A stretch of 62,997 nucleotides of DNA, counting the filler, from a bacterium (lineage in GTDB: Bacteria > UBA9089 > CG2-30-40-21 > SBAY01): assembly GCA_040757115.1 (NCBI GenBank). It is 12 parts of 12 records of this genome, joined end to end, with 100 filler letters (N's around TTAATTAATTAA, not from the genome) between each part and the next. Parts side by side here need not be neighbours in the genome. Positions count along the whole stretch, not along the records: positions 1 to 25,774 come from JBFLYA010000033.1; 11 more parts are not named here. The stretch is one strand, 5' to 3'. The position numbers were made by a program, and so were the translations under genes. Below are positions 10,712-20,327 of this stretch, piece by piece (within the stretch, counting starts at the first letter, position 1; every line of letters starts with the position of its first letter). A model generated the notes under the pieces. That model did no database searches and was not told where the DNA came from. It was given only the letters and a program-made list of their open reading frames with translations.

Positions 10712-11024
10712 GTAACTGTTCAGCCACTGATTAACACAGATTGACACGGATAAAATAGAATGAGTTTAAAATATGAAAAAAGAACCGAGAATGTGCATTT
10801 GAAGTCTACAATATTTTGGTTATGCCTTTTGGGAAAGAGTTTATCAAAAAACATAATAGATTGAATTATTAGCCTGGAAATATTCACCAGAATTGGAATA
10901 CCCCATTAAAGTAAAATACACAGCAGTTATGGTTGGCGAATAGTAATCTGATTGAGGTGGATTAGCACGGATAAAAAAATAAAATCCGTGTTTTATCCGT
11001 GTCCATCTGTGGCTGAATAGTTAC
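10712..11024. mobile_element. IS66-like MITE with a decayed GxxExxY gene between CACGGAT repeats
   Basis: GTAACTGTTCAGCC...GGCTGAATAGTTAC ends; inner fragments CAFEVYNIL, ERVYQK and EYPIKVKY..VGE. Confidence 0.75.
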
Positions 11025-11048
11025 CTTTTTTGAAAGTATGAAGTTGGG

Positions 11049-12251
11049 TTAAAATGGCAATTCACTCATTCCAAAAATAGGTAATAAAATAGCGGCAAAA
11101 ATAAAGGCAACGATTAATCCCATAAATAATATTATGCCCGGCTCTAATAAGGCAATTAAACCTCGTAATGAATTTCTAATTTTTGTCTCATAGGTACTGG
11201 CAATCTTATTCAACATATCCTCTAAATTACCCGTTTCTTCACCACAGGCAACCATTTCAACCAAAAGGTCAGGAAATACACCTGTTGCTCTAAGAGGTGT
11301 AGCTATCTTTTCGCCTTCTTTTATGCTTCCATGAACATCAGATATCCCTTTTGCTATCACTGCATTACCCACAGCAGATTTAACTATAAGCAATGACGGT
11401 AATAATGCCACGCCGCCTTTTAATAAAGTTCCCAGACTTTTACTAAATCTATTCACAGCTATCATTTCTACTATCGGACCTAACACAGGCATTTTTAATT
11501 TGAATTGGTCAAATGAATATCGTCCTTTTGTCGTTCCAAGATACCCTTTAAATCCAAAGATAGAAATTAAGACTATTCCTGAAATCACCCACCACCAATT
11601 GAGTATAAATTTAGTCACGGAGATCAGCAGTAAGGTAATTAAAGGTAGACTTTCACCCATCTCATTAAAGATAGTAATAAATCTTGGCACAACAAATGTA
11701 AAGAGAATAGTAATCGCCACGATAACAAATAAGATTAAAATACACGGATATGCCATTATCGACCTGAGATATTCTTTTAAATCTTCATCTTTTTCCATAA
11801 AATCTGTTAATCTATTTAAGATAAGTTCTATTGAGCCACTTGCCTCTCCTACCTTGACCATATTTATATAAAGTGGGGAGAAAAATTCTGAATGGTTGGC
11901 TAATGCATCGGATAAAGGATTTCCTTTTTCAATCTCTCTTTTTATCTCATAGATAACCGTTTTTAACCTTTGATTTTTGGTTAATTCCTCTAAAACACCA
12001 AGACTTTTATCCAATGGCATACCGGCATCAAGCAGACTTGATAAAGATTGAGTAAATGCAAGAATATCTTTAGATTTTATCTGCTTAAAAAAGCCTCCAA
12101 TACCTTTTTTTTGAACTTCCTCTTTAATTTCTATTGGAAAGAGACTTTGTTTTCTTAATTTGTCAATTATTACTTCTGGTTTATTGCCTTCTATTATTCC
12201 CTGTAAAATTTTACCTTCTTGATTAGAGGCTTTATAAGTAAATCGTGGCAT
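11049..12251 (-). CDS. pilC: Type II secretion/type IV pilus platform protein (GspF/PilC family)
   Basis: Two T2SSF domains (VGEASG, CGEETG, LEP motifs). Confidence 0.88.
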   Translation of the reverse strand: MPRFTYKASNQEGKILQGIIEGNKPEVIIDKLRKQSLFPIEIKEEVQKKGIGGFFKQIKSKDILAFTQSLSSLLDAGMPLDKSLGVLEELTKNQRLKTVIYEIKREIEKGNPLSDALANHSEFFSPLYINMVKVGEASGSIELILNRLTDFMEKDEDLKEYLRSIMAYPCILILFVIVAITILFTFVVPRFITIFNEMGESLPLITLLLISVTKFILNWWWVISGIVLISIFGFKGYLGTTKGRYSFDQFKLKMPVLGPIVEMIAVNRFSKSLGTLLKGGVALLPSLLIVKSAVGNAVIAKGISDVHGSIKEGEKIATPLRATGVFPDLLVEMVACGEETGNLEDMLNKIASTYETKIRNSLRGLIALLEPGIILFMGLIVAFIFAAILLPIFGMSELPF

Positions 12252-12262
12252 TATACCTTTCC

Positions 12263-13348
12263 TTATTTTCTTCGATATGCTGGATTTATAGCTCGAGGTT
12301 GAATTCTTGTTTGAAATGTGGCGCTCACCGTCCCTTTGCCAACACCACCTTTTGGATAAGTTTTAACCTCACCTTTAATCTCAATCATTCCAATTGAATT
12401 TACCTCTTCAAGAGTTACTGTCCCATAGGGAATTGTCGTTACTCCATCTGTGCCATAATAAGTAATGGTAAAAGTAGCAATATCTTCTGCGACAAGATAC
12501 GGTCCTAAATGCCGTTTAGAATCTGGTTTATCTTCATTTATCTTGCGGATGATAGTATTTGTTCCTGGAAGATATTCATAACTGATAACCGCAGAACTGA
12601 TGAAATTATTTGAATTTCGCACATCAGTGGCATCTTCATTATCTCCATCTCCATTATAATCACCAGGAATTGAATCCAATATTCCATTATTGCCTGGCGT
12701 AACTAATATTTTACCAATACCTGTAGAATTTCCTGCTGGAACGACCTGGACATCATCTCCCCGGTTTTTTGTGTAACATATAGTATTTACGGTATTATTT
12801 CCCATCAAAATCACGGCATCCTTTCCACAACTCATAAGCCAACCACGGGCATAATCATCGGAACTATCTCTTTCCGCCAAAGTTGCTGTTCCATCGCCAT
12901 TTATATCTCCTGGGATTGAGTATAAACTCCCACTTGTGCCTACAGTGATTAAGATTGCATCTTGCCTATTTGCCATGGGAATACTTCCAGTGCCGATTGA
13001 TTGAATATCACCTTTATAAGCCAATGTTGAACAGATGCTATCTGTCCCATTCACAATGGCTACCGGTCCAATAAATCTGATTTTATTGTTTCTTAAATAA
13101 AATTCTGTTTTATCAGGGTCAGCATTTAAAATAGCTTGTAATTCACGCAACTCAGATTCCATCCCGCGCCAATTACCGCTTCCACTTACAATTTCCCTTG
13201 CCGTATTTTGAACATTGATGAATGGTTGTTCGCCTATCCAACTTCTTAATCCCGCCCTCATAAAATCAATAATAATAATCAATATAATAGCTAAAGCTAT
13301 CATACTAAATATTGCCTCTATAATTGTAAATCCCTGTCTGTTTTTCAT
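12263..13348 (-). CDS. Minor pilin/pseudopilin (PilW/GspJ-like)
   Basis: Class III signal QG|FTIIE followed by a hydrophobic helix. Confidence 0.75.
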   Translation of the reverse strand: MKNRQGFTIIEAIFSMIALAIILIIIIDFMRAGLRSWIGEQPFINVQNTAREIVSGSGNWRGMESELRELQAILNADPDKTEFYLRNNKIRFIGPVAIVNGTDSICSTLAYKGDIQSIGTGSIPMANRQDAILITVGTSGSLYSIPGDINGDGTATLAERDSSDDYARGWLMSCGKDAVILMGNNTVNTICYTKNRGDDVQVVPAGNSTGIGKILVTPGNNGILDSIPGDYNGDGDNEDATDVRNSNNFISSAVISYEYLPGTNTIIRKINEDKPDSKRHLGPYLVAEDIATFTITYYGTDGVTTIPYGTVTLEEVNSIGMIEIKGEVKTYPKGGVGKGTVSATFQTRIQPRAINPAYRRK

Positions 13349-13770
13349 GATATATTTCCTATGTAAGTAAATAGTCTTCTTTTATGAACTATATTTTCCT
13401 GCCAGCCAACTTCAACCGTGACCCTTAAATAATTACCACTTGCTGGTGAGGTTACCTCTCCAGTTGAATCATTAATTCCTTCAATCGTGATTGTCCAGCT
13501 GCCTTTGCAAGAACCTATGGTTGCTGTTCCACTGGTTGGAAATGGTAATGGTTGGGTAATTAATGAGGTATAATCTAATTGCCGCATTTTAACCTCTTCC
13601 AACTTTGTTCGACATAGATTCATTGCCTCATTAGCATTTGAAGTTGTTACCACATTCATTGTCCCTTTCATAAACATATTAACAATACTCATTACGCCAA
13701 CAATTAGAATTAATGCGGCAATCATTAATTCTACGAGACTAACACCAAACTCACTCTTCCTTTTTTCCAT
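13345..13770 (-). CDS. Minor pilin (PilV/GspI-like)
   Basis: FG|VSLVEL prepilin motif. Confidence 0.8.
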   Translation of the reverse strand: MEKRKSEFGVSLVELMIAALILIVGVMSIVNMFMKGTMNVVTTSNANEAMNLCRTKLEEVKMRQLDYTSLITQPLPFPTSGTATIGSCKGSWTITIEGINDSTGEVTSPASGNYLRVTVEVGWQENIVHKRRLFTYIGNIS

Positions 13771-14278
13771 CTTTAGGTTTTCCTTTATACATACTTCTAA
13801 ATAGAAGAACTATTGTGGTTATCATCACTATAATTACCAGGATAATGGAAATGTTTCTTTTATTTTTAAATTCTTGAGCTATTTTTTCCTGTTTTTCTAT
13901 TTTCTTGATTTCTTCAGCCTTTTTTTCAGTGGGGACCACTCCAGGAACAATTCCTTTTGCCTCCTGTTGTGCAGGTGTAAGAATGGCTTTTTCTTCTTTT
14001 GATTCCTCGCCTTGTTTTATCTTTTTAGGTGGTTTTTCCTCTTTGGGAACAGATGGGGGTGGAAGTTGAATAAGTTTTTGTATTTGTTGTTGTTCTTCTT
14101 TTTTTTGTTTTTCCTCTAAGAGGTCTCTTGCCATTTGTTCTTTTTGTCTTTTCATCTCCTCATATCTTGCCTTTGCCTCATCCGGGGTAATTTCCTTCTC
14201 AAGTGGGATACCTGCTATTGCTTTAGTGCTACTAAAAATGATGAAACAAATTATAAGAAATTTACAAAAATCTTTCAT
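13751..14278 (-). CDS. Hypothetical exported protein with C-terminal membrane anchor
   Basis: Signal peptide, charged coiled region and C-terminal TM; overlaps its neighbours in the operon. Confidence 0.65.
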   Translation of the reverse strand: MKDFCKFLIICFIIFSSTKAIAGIPLEKEITPDEAKARYEEMKRQKEQMARDLLEEKQKKEEQQQIQKLIQLPPPSVPKEEKPPKKIKQGEESKEEKAILTPAQQEAKGIVPGVVPTEKKAEEIKKIEKQEKIAQEFKNKRNISIILVIIVMITTIVLLFRSMYKGKPKDGKKEE

Positions 14279-16164
14279 GGATTTACCTCCTTCCAACTAA
14301 TAATATTTATCCCGGCATTTACTTGTTGTCCTTGTGTAGGTGGGAGTCTCAAATTAATTGGCCAATTTGGGTCAGCGCGATAATCAGAATGAATTCGATA
14401 ATCATAATTCCAGATGAACTTAGTAGAATATACCATCACTTCATCTTTTGAGATTAATCCTCCATTAGAAACCGGATTATTAAGTCTACCCGCCATAAAA
14501 TGTTGTGTATAGCAAACCGCATCTATCTGAGAAACATAATAAGGGGAAAAGGCACCATAGGTATTAATGCTACCACGATTACCAAATTCTTTACCAGAGT
14601 AATCCAGGGCATCAGAATATTTACTATTTAGACCTGTCACCGTTACATTTGACCAATCATAATTTTGTCCTTGAGAATAGCCATGAACGGTGTCAAAGAT
14701 ATTATCTTCATCGAGGTCTTCATAATTTTTCTCCCAGCCCCAACCCTGGTCGCCGAATTCTCCATCACCTTCCCCTTCATCGAATGTACCAGGTATCCCA
14801 TCTTTTCCAACATCTTCACTGCCCATATCAAACAATCCATAGTAATCAGAATACCAGTAAGAGTGAGTATAATCGCCGAGGATAATACTTTCTCTGGCGG
14901 CCATAGCTAATATATCCTTATTTGCATTTGCCAGATACCAGGCTTCCTTTTCACAGTCAGATGGATATTTATTAGGATTAGTGGTTTGTGGGAAATAACC
15001 AGCAAGAGTCGGGTCATCTAACTCACTTGGTGGATTGTTATAGAAAATGCTATCGGCAATGTAAATGTTTCTGCCGGCATAAATTGTTCCCTGTCCGGTA
15101 ACATATCCTTTAATAATTACATCTTCCTCAACATACACTGCGCCATTTAATTCTATAGGTTTAGTTGGTTTTCCTTCTAACACAATACTTCTAACCGGCA
15201 CGCCTTTATAGGTTTCTCCATCACCGTAAATTCCATTAATTGTAACTTCATCAGGGAAATAAGCGCGGAGTGTTCCGGTGGCTAAGTCTCGGTAATATTG
15301 TTGGTTTTGTAAATTAGGCATATCTCCTTTTCCGGCATTAGGATGTTGATAAGGAAGATTTTTAGGTTCAGGATGTGGCGGATAAACAATTTCACCTTCT
15401 CCTGGGAGTTCAAAATTAGACCAATGGTCGTCACAGGTGCCTGCTGCACCTCGAAGATGAGAATGGTAAGGCAGTATGTCAAAATGTTCATCAATTTCAA
15501 GTTTTGCATAGACATGTCCATCCACCCGGGGTGCTTGATTATAACCCCAAACAGGCCAGAAATCAAATCTTCCGTTAGACCGCATATCCCCACGGACCCA
15601 TTCTCGAGGCACCTGTCCAACATTACCACCTCCCCAAGCCCACCAGCCCCAGTTATTAAGGAAATAGGCATAATCGAACACATCTGAGGTAATTACTGCC
15701 GCACCAGCACCAATTAATTCCATAATTACTTCTACGCCTCGCACTGCACTACCTAATGTCACTTGTTCTTCCTTTCCTTTTCTACCAATAGAGGTAATTT
15801 TTAACTTGCAGGTGAGTGTCCCCAGTGAGTAATTCATACTTCTGCCCAGATTTTCAACTGTTACATAATAAGAACCAACTTCTACAACTCCATCTTTTAT
15901 CTTTTCTGGAGTGTCTTCATTTCCAAGTCCTGCGGTCCAGACTTGTCCCTGATTTAGCCACATATCTTTTGCTTTCCAGACAGCGCGTTCTGCCCCTGCC
16001 TCAGCAATCGATAGAGCACTGACATAACTTTCATCTAAAGATGTTTTCTGTATGCCTGTCTGAGTTATCACAAGATAAACCACAGCGAAAGATAACAAAA
16101 CTAAAACAACTAATAAAGCTAAAAGTAGGGCGATGCCCTCATTGTTTAAAATTAATCTTTTCAT
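14275..16164 (-). CDS. PilX/GspK-like large minor pilin
   Basis: NEG|IALLLALL and ALSIAEAGAE motifs; ends ISWKE. Confidence 0.75.
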   Translation of the reverse strand: MKRLILNNEGIALLLALLVVLVLLSFAVVYLVITQTGIQKTSLDESYVSALSIAEAGAERAVWKAKDMWLNQGQVWTAGLGNEDTPEKIKDGVVEVGSYYVTVENLGRSMNYSLGTLTCKLKITSIGRKGKEEQVTLGSAVRGVEVIMELIGAGAAVITSDVFDYAYFLNNWGWWAWGGGNVGQVPREWVRGDMRSNGRFDFWPVWGYNQAPRVDGHVYAKLEIDEHFDILPYHSHLRGAAGTCDDHWSNFELPGEGEIVYPPHPEPKNLPYQHPNAGKGDMPNLQNQQYYRDLATGTLRAYFPDEVTINGIYGDGETYKGVPVRSIVLEGKPTKPIELNGAVYVEEDVIIKGYVTGQGTIYAGRNIYIADSIFYNNPPSELDDPTLAGYFPQTTNPNKYPSDCEKEAWYLANANKDILAMAARESIILGDYTHSYWYSDYYGLFDMGSEDVGKDGIPGTFDEGEGDGEFGDQGWGWEKNYEDLDEDNIFDTVHGYSQGQNYDWSNVTVTGLNSKYSDALDYSGKEFGNRGSINTYGAFSPYYVSQIDAVCYTQHFMAGRLNNPVSNGGLISKDEVMVYSTKFIWNYDYRIHSDYRADPNWPINLRLPPTQGQQVNAGINIISWKEVNP

Positions 16165-16384
16165 TTTTTCCTCACCCCTTTTTTAAGGTTAAGGTTTAGG
16201 TTTAGGTTGAGATAAATCTTTAACCGTTACCTTGCCCTAATTTAAATATAGCATAAAAAGATAAAAATGTCAAGATATTAAATTTATTTGCTTACAGAAA
16301 TTCCACAAAAAGGCTGAAGGCTAAAGCCAGTTTCCTTCAGCCTTTTATGTTCGTGGGAAATTTCTGAAAAAATTAATAAAAGAT

Positions 16385-16413
16385 TTGACAAATATAGATT
16401 TATTTATTATAAT
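16385..16413 (+). promoter_or_regulatory. Consensus sigma70 promoter for tRNA-Leu/gyrA
   Basis: TTGACA-17 nt-TATAAT. Confidence 0.8.
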
Positions 16414-16417
16414 ATTA

Positions 16418-16568
16418 GTAACCGTTCAGGTAGTCTGGTATCTGGGTGTCTAAGTGTCTGGGTTACATAGACTACCAGACACATAGACACCCTTTACTCA
16501 AAATTGTAGGATTTGTTACTATCCTGATTTCCTGGCTGTTAACTGATTGCTGATGGCTGAACGCTTAC
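16418..16568. mobile_element. IS66-like MITE with 8-bp TSD TAATATTA
   Basis: GTAACCGTTCAG...CTGAACGCTTAC; TSD at 16410-16417 and 16569-16576. The right half recurs at 24067-24144. Confidence 0.88.
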
Positions 16569-16604
16569 TAATATTAAAGAAAAGAGGTATTGATTTTCAA
16601 GGAT

Positions 16605-16693
16605 GCCGAAGTGGTGAAATTGGCAGACGCACTGGACTCAAAATCCAGCGGGTGCTTGCACCCATGTGGGTTCGACTCCCACCTTCGGCACCA
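16605..16693 (+). tRNA. tRNA-Leu(CAA)
   Basis: Acceptor stem GCCGAAG/CTTCGGC, anticodon loop CTCAAAA, long variable arm, GGTTCGACTCC and encoded CCA. Confidence 0.95.
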
Positions 16694-16732
16694 GTTTAAG
16701 CGAATTAGAGATTAGAGATTGGAGAATAAAAA

Positions 16733-17104
16733 ATGGCAAAGTCCTTTTATGCTCTAAAGATATGGCAGAAAGGATATGAGATTCTTATGAAGATCTATGA
16801 GATTACTTCTACATATCCTGTAGAGGAACGATATGCCCTGGTAATTGATACTCGTAGATCAGCCAACTCTATAATTGCCAACATTGCTGAGAGTCATGGT
16901 AGATATTATTTTGCTGATAAAATACGAGTGTTGTATACCGCAAGGGGTGAACTAGAGGAGACAAGGAGTCACTTAAAGGTTGCTTGTGGAAGAAAATACA
17001 TTTCAGAGGAAAAGTTTAAAGAAATAGATGAAGAATATGAAGGGTTATCTAAGGGAATTAGCGGTTATATTCAAAATATTGAGTCCCAAAAGTCTAATGA
17101 GTAA
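16733..17104 (+). CDS. Four helix bundle protein (23S rRNA IVS-protein/Avd-like family)
   Basis: LKIWQK, RRSANSIIANIAE and ARGELEET motifs; flanked by inverted GAATTAG/CTAATTC arrays. Confidence 0.88.
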   Translation: MAKSFYALKIWQKGYEILMKIYEITSTYPVEERYALVIDTRRSANSIIANIAESHGRYYFADKIRVLYTARGELEETRSHLKVACGRKYISEEKFKEIDEEYEGLSKGISGYIQNIESQKSNE

Positions 17105-17174
17105 TAACCTTATTCCACTAATCTACTAATTCACTAATTCGCTAATTCACTAATTCGCTAATTATGGAGGGAAA

Positions 17175-19616
17175 ATGAAAAAAGAAACGATTATTCCGAT
17201 TTATATTGAAGATGAGATGAAAAATTCTTATCTTGATTATGCGATGAGTGTCATTATCGGTCGGGCATTACCTGATGTCCGGGACGGGCTAAAACCCGTG
17301 CATCGCCGAGTCCTTTATGCTATGAATGAATTAGGTATGGATTCAGATAAACCTTATAAAAAATCTGCCAGAATCGTTGGTGAGGTTTTAGGTAAATATC
17401 ATCCCCATGGGGATATGGCAGTTTATGATTCTATCGTCCGTATGGTTCAGGATTTTTCACATCGCTATCCTTTAATTAATGGTCAGGGTAACTTTGGTTC
17501 GATTGATGCTGATGCCCCGGCGGCGATGCGATATACTGAGGTTCGACTGCATAAATTCGCCGAAGAATTACTTAAAGATATAGACAAACAAACCGTAGAT
17601 TTTGTCCCAAATTTTGATGAAACACTAAAAGAACCCACCGTCCTGCCTGCCAACTTGCCTAATTTACTCCTGAATGGCTCTTCGGGAATTGCTGTTGGTA
17701 TGGCAACCAATATCCCACCTCATAATTTAGGGGAATTAGTGGATGGAATTATTGCCTTAATTGACAACCCAGCAATAGATATTTCAGAGTTAATCCAGAT
17801 TATCTCAGGGCCAGACTTTCCTACTGGCGGGTCAATTTTTGGTATTGATGGCATAAAGGAAAGTTACAACACCGGTCGAGGCAAAATCATCTTACGGGCT
17901 AATGCGACAACAGAATCATTGAAAAGTGGTAAAGAAGCGATTATCATTACTGAAATACCATATCAGGTCAATAAAAAAAGTCTTATTGAAAAGATTGCAG
18001 AATTGGTTAAGACGAAAAAGATAGAGGGAATATCCGCACTTCGGGATGAATCTGACCGTGATGGCATTCGGATATTCATCGAATTAAAACGGGATGAAAA
18101 TCCGCAGGTCATCTTAAATCAACTTTATAAACATACCCAGATGCAAGTTACCTTTGGTGTGATTATGTTGGCTTTAGTGGATAATCAACCTAAGGTATTG
18201 AACCTCAAAGAGATAATGGAACTATACCTCAAACATCGCCAGGAGGTCATTATCCGAAGAACTAAATACGACCTGAAATTAGCCGAAGAGCGCGCTCATA
18301 TCCTTGAAGGATTAAAAATTGCCCTGGCAAATCTTGACCAGGTAATTAAGACTATTAAAAAATCTAAGAGTCCACAAGAGGCAAGGATAGCATTAATTGC
18401 CCAGTTCGAATTAACGGAAAAACAGGCACAGGCTATCTTAGAAATGCAATTGCAAAGATTAACGGCATTGGAACAGGATAAACTGAATGCTGAGTATTTA
18501 GCCTTGATAAAGACTATTGCCGAACTAAAATCTATCCTTGATTCTAAACAAAAAGTTATGAATTTAATTAAAAATGATTTACTTAAGATAAAAAAGGACT
18601 ACGCTGACCCAAGACGAACTCAAATAATTAAGGAGGCAGTGGAATTTAATATGGAAGACCTGATTGCCGATGAAAATATGGTCATCACTATCAGTCATAC
18701 CGGCTATATTAAGCGATTACCACTGACTACTTATAAAATGCAGCATCGTGGTGGAGTCGGTGTGACCGGTATGATTCCTAAAGAAGAAGATTTTGTTGAC
18801 CAACTATATATTGCCTCAACACATAATTATATCCTCTTTTTTACCACTAAAGGTCGGGTTTATTGGTTAAAAGTCTATGATTTGCCAGAGGGAGGTCGAA
18901 CAAGCAGAGGGAAAGCGATTGTTAATCTACTTAAATTAAGCGAAGATGAAAAGATTGCTACATCTATACCGATTGCAGAATTTAATGACCAAGATTATTT
19001 GATTATGGCGACGCGCAAAGGATTGGTTAAGAAAACACGCCTGATTGAATACAGTCGGCCAAGGAGTGGTGGAATTATTGCCTTATCATTAATCGGAGAT
19101 GATGAATTAATAAAGGTGGAACGAACAAATGGAAATGATGATATTATTTTATCCACGATGTCTGGCAAGGCAATTAAGTTTAGCGAAAGCCAGGTTCGTC
19201 ATACAGGCCGAACGGCTTCAGGTGTTCGAGGAATAAGATTAAGAAAAGGGGATTATGTTGTTGGTATGGAGGTCGCTCGTCAAGGATGGACACTCTTGAC
19301 TATTACCGCTAACGGCTATGGGAAAAGAACAGAATTTGATGCGTATCGTCGTCAGTCAAGGGGAGGAATGGGGGTCATTGACATTAAAACCGAGCCACGA
19401 AATGGACCAGTCGTAAGTATTTATGAGGTAAATGATGATACTGAAGTAATAATGATTACTGCCTCCGGGATGATCATTCGTTGCCCGGCACGAGGCATCT
19501 CCACCATCGGCAGAAATACACAAGGAGTTAGATTAATCAGACTTAAAGAAGGAGATAAAGTAGTTGATGCCGCACCAGTAGTTAGTGAAGAAAAGGAAAT
19601 AACTGCCTTGAACTAA
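17175..19616 (+). CDS. gyrA: DNA gyrase subunit A
   Basis: YHPHGD, AAMRYTE and GyrA-box-like QHRGGVG. Confidence 0.97.
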   Translation: MKKETIIPIYIEDEMKNSYLDYAMSVIIGRALPDVRDGLKPVHRRVLYAMNELGMDSDKPYKKSARIVGEVLGKYHPHGDMAVYDSIVRMVQDFSHRYPLINGQGNFGSIDADAPAAMRYTEVRLHKFAEELLKDIDKQTVDFVPNFDETLKEPTVLPANLPNLLLNGSSGIAVGMATNIPPHNLGELVDGIIALIDNPAIDISELIQIISGPDFPTGGSIFGIDGIKESYNTGRGKIILRANATTESLKSGKEAIIITEIPYQVNKKSLIEKIAELVKTKKIEGISALRDESDRDGIRIFIELKRDENPQVILNQLYKHTQMQVTFGVIMLALVDNQPKVLNLKEIMELYLKHRQEVIIRRTKYDLKLAEERAHILEGLKIALANLDQVIKTIKKSKSPQEARIALIAQFELTEKQAQAILEMQLQRLTALEQDKLNAEYLALIKTIAELKSILDSKQKVMNLIKNDLLKIKKDYADPRRTQIIKEAVEFNMEDLIADENMVITISHTGYIKRLPLTTYKMQHRGGVGVTGMIPKEEDFVDQLYIASTHNYILFFTTKGRVYWLKVYDLPEGGRTSRGKAIVNLLKLSEDEKIATSIPIAEFNDQDYLIMATRKGLVKKTRLIEYSRPRSGGIIALSLIGDDELIKVERTNGNDDIILSTMSGKAIKFSESQVRHTGRTASGVRGIRLRKGDYVVGMEVARQGWTLLTITANGYGKRTEFDAYRRQSRGGMGVIDIKTEPRNGPVVSIYEVNDDTEVIMITASGMIIRCPARGISTIGRNTQGVRLIRLKEGDKVVDAAPVVSEEKEITALN

Positions 19617-19814
19617 AATAAAANNNNNNNNNNNNNNNNNNNNNNNNNNNNNNNNNNNNNNNNNNNNNNNNNNNNNNNNNNNNNNNNNNNNNNNNNNNNN
19701 NNNNNNNNNNNNNNNNNNNNNNNTTTTTTCTACCTTTTCAGGAATTTAGTTTAATAGAATTTTCTCTTGACAATTTTGGCTTCAATGTGTTAAAATAAAA
19801 TAGAGGGTAAAAGA

Positions 19815-20327
19815 ATGGAAGAGCAAAATATAGATTTTGAATATACCCAATCAATACCTTCTGGTCCTAAACCAAAAATAATGATTATTGGATTAGGCAA
19901 TATCCTGCTTCAAGATGAGGGCATTGGCGTCCATATAATTAAGGCACTTCAAAAAATGGATATACCGGATAATATAGACCTGGTAGATGGTGGAACCGCT
20001 GAGCTTGACCTGATGAATTATATGAATAAAGGTATAGATAAGGTAATTATAATCGATGCCGTCAAAGGTGGAAGTAAAGCCGGAACTACATTTCGATTAA
20101 GTGTAAATGAAATTATGGCGACCACAAAACATATCTCCTCCCTGCATCAAAAAGAACTAATTGAGGCAATCAAGATGCTTGAATTATTTACCAGAAAACC
20201 CCGCGAGATTGTTATTCTCGGTATCGTGCCAAAAGAAACAGAATGGAGTCTTACACTTAGTCCAGAATTACAAAATAAAATCCCAGAAATTACCCGCATC
20301 GTCTTTGATGAAATTGAAAAGAAGTAA
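19815..20327 (+). CDS. Hydrogenase maturation protease (HyaD/HybD family)
   Basis: GLGNILLQDEGIG, DGGT, IDAV and SLHQ motifs. Confidence 0.9.
   Translation: MEEQNIDFEYTQSIPSGPKPKIMIIGLGNILLQDEGIGVHIIKALQKMDIPDNIDLVDGGTAELDLMNYMNKGIDKVIIIDAVKGGSKAGTTFRLSVNEIMATTKHISSLHQKELIEAIKMLELFTRKPREIVILGIVPKETEWSLTLSPELQNKIPEITRIVFDEIEKK

Noticed and set aside
16733-17104. Diversity-generating retroelement because of Avd-like proteins
   Set aside because: No reverse transcriptase and no template/variable repeat pair with adenine-specific differences. The two GxxExxY copies differ by ordinary substitutions.
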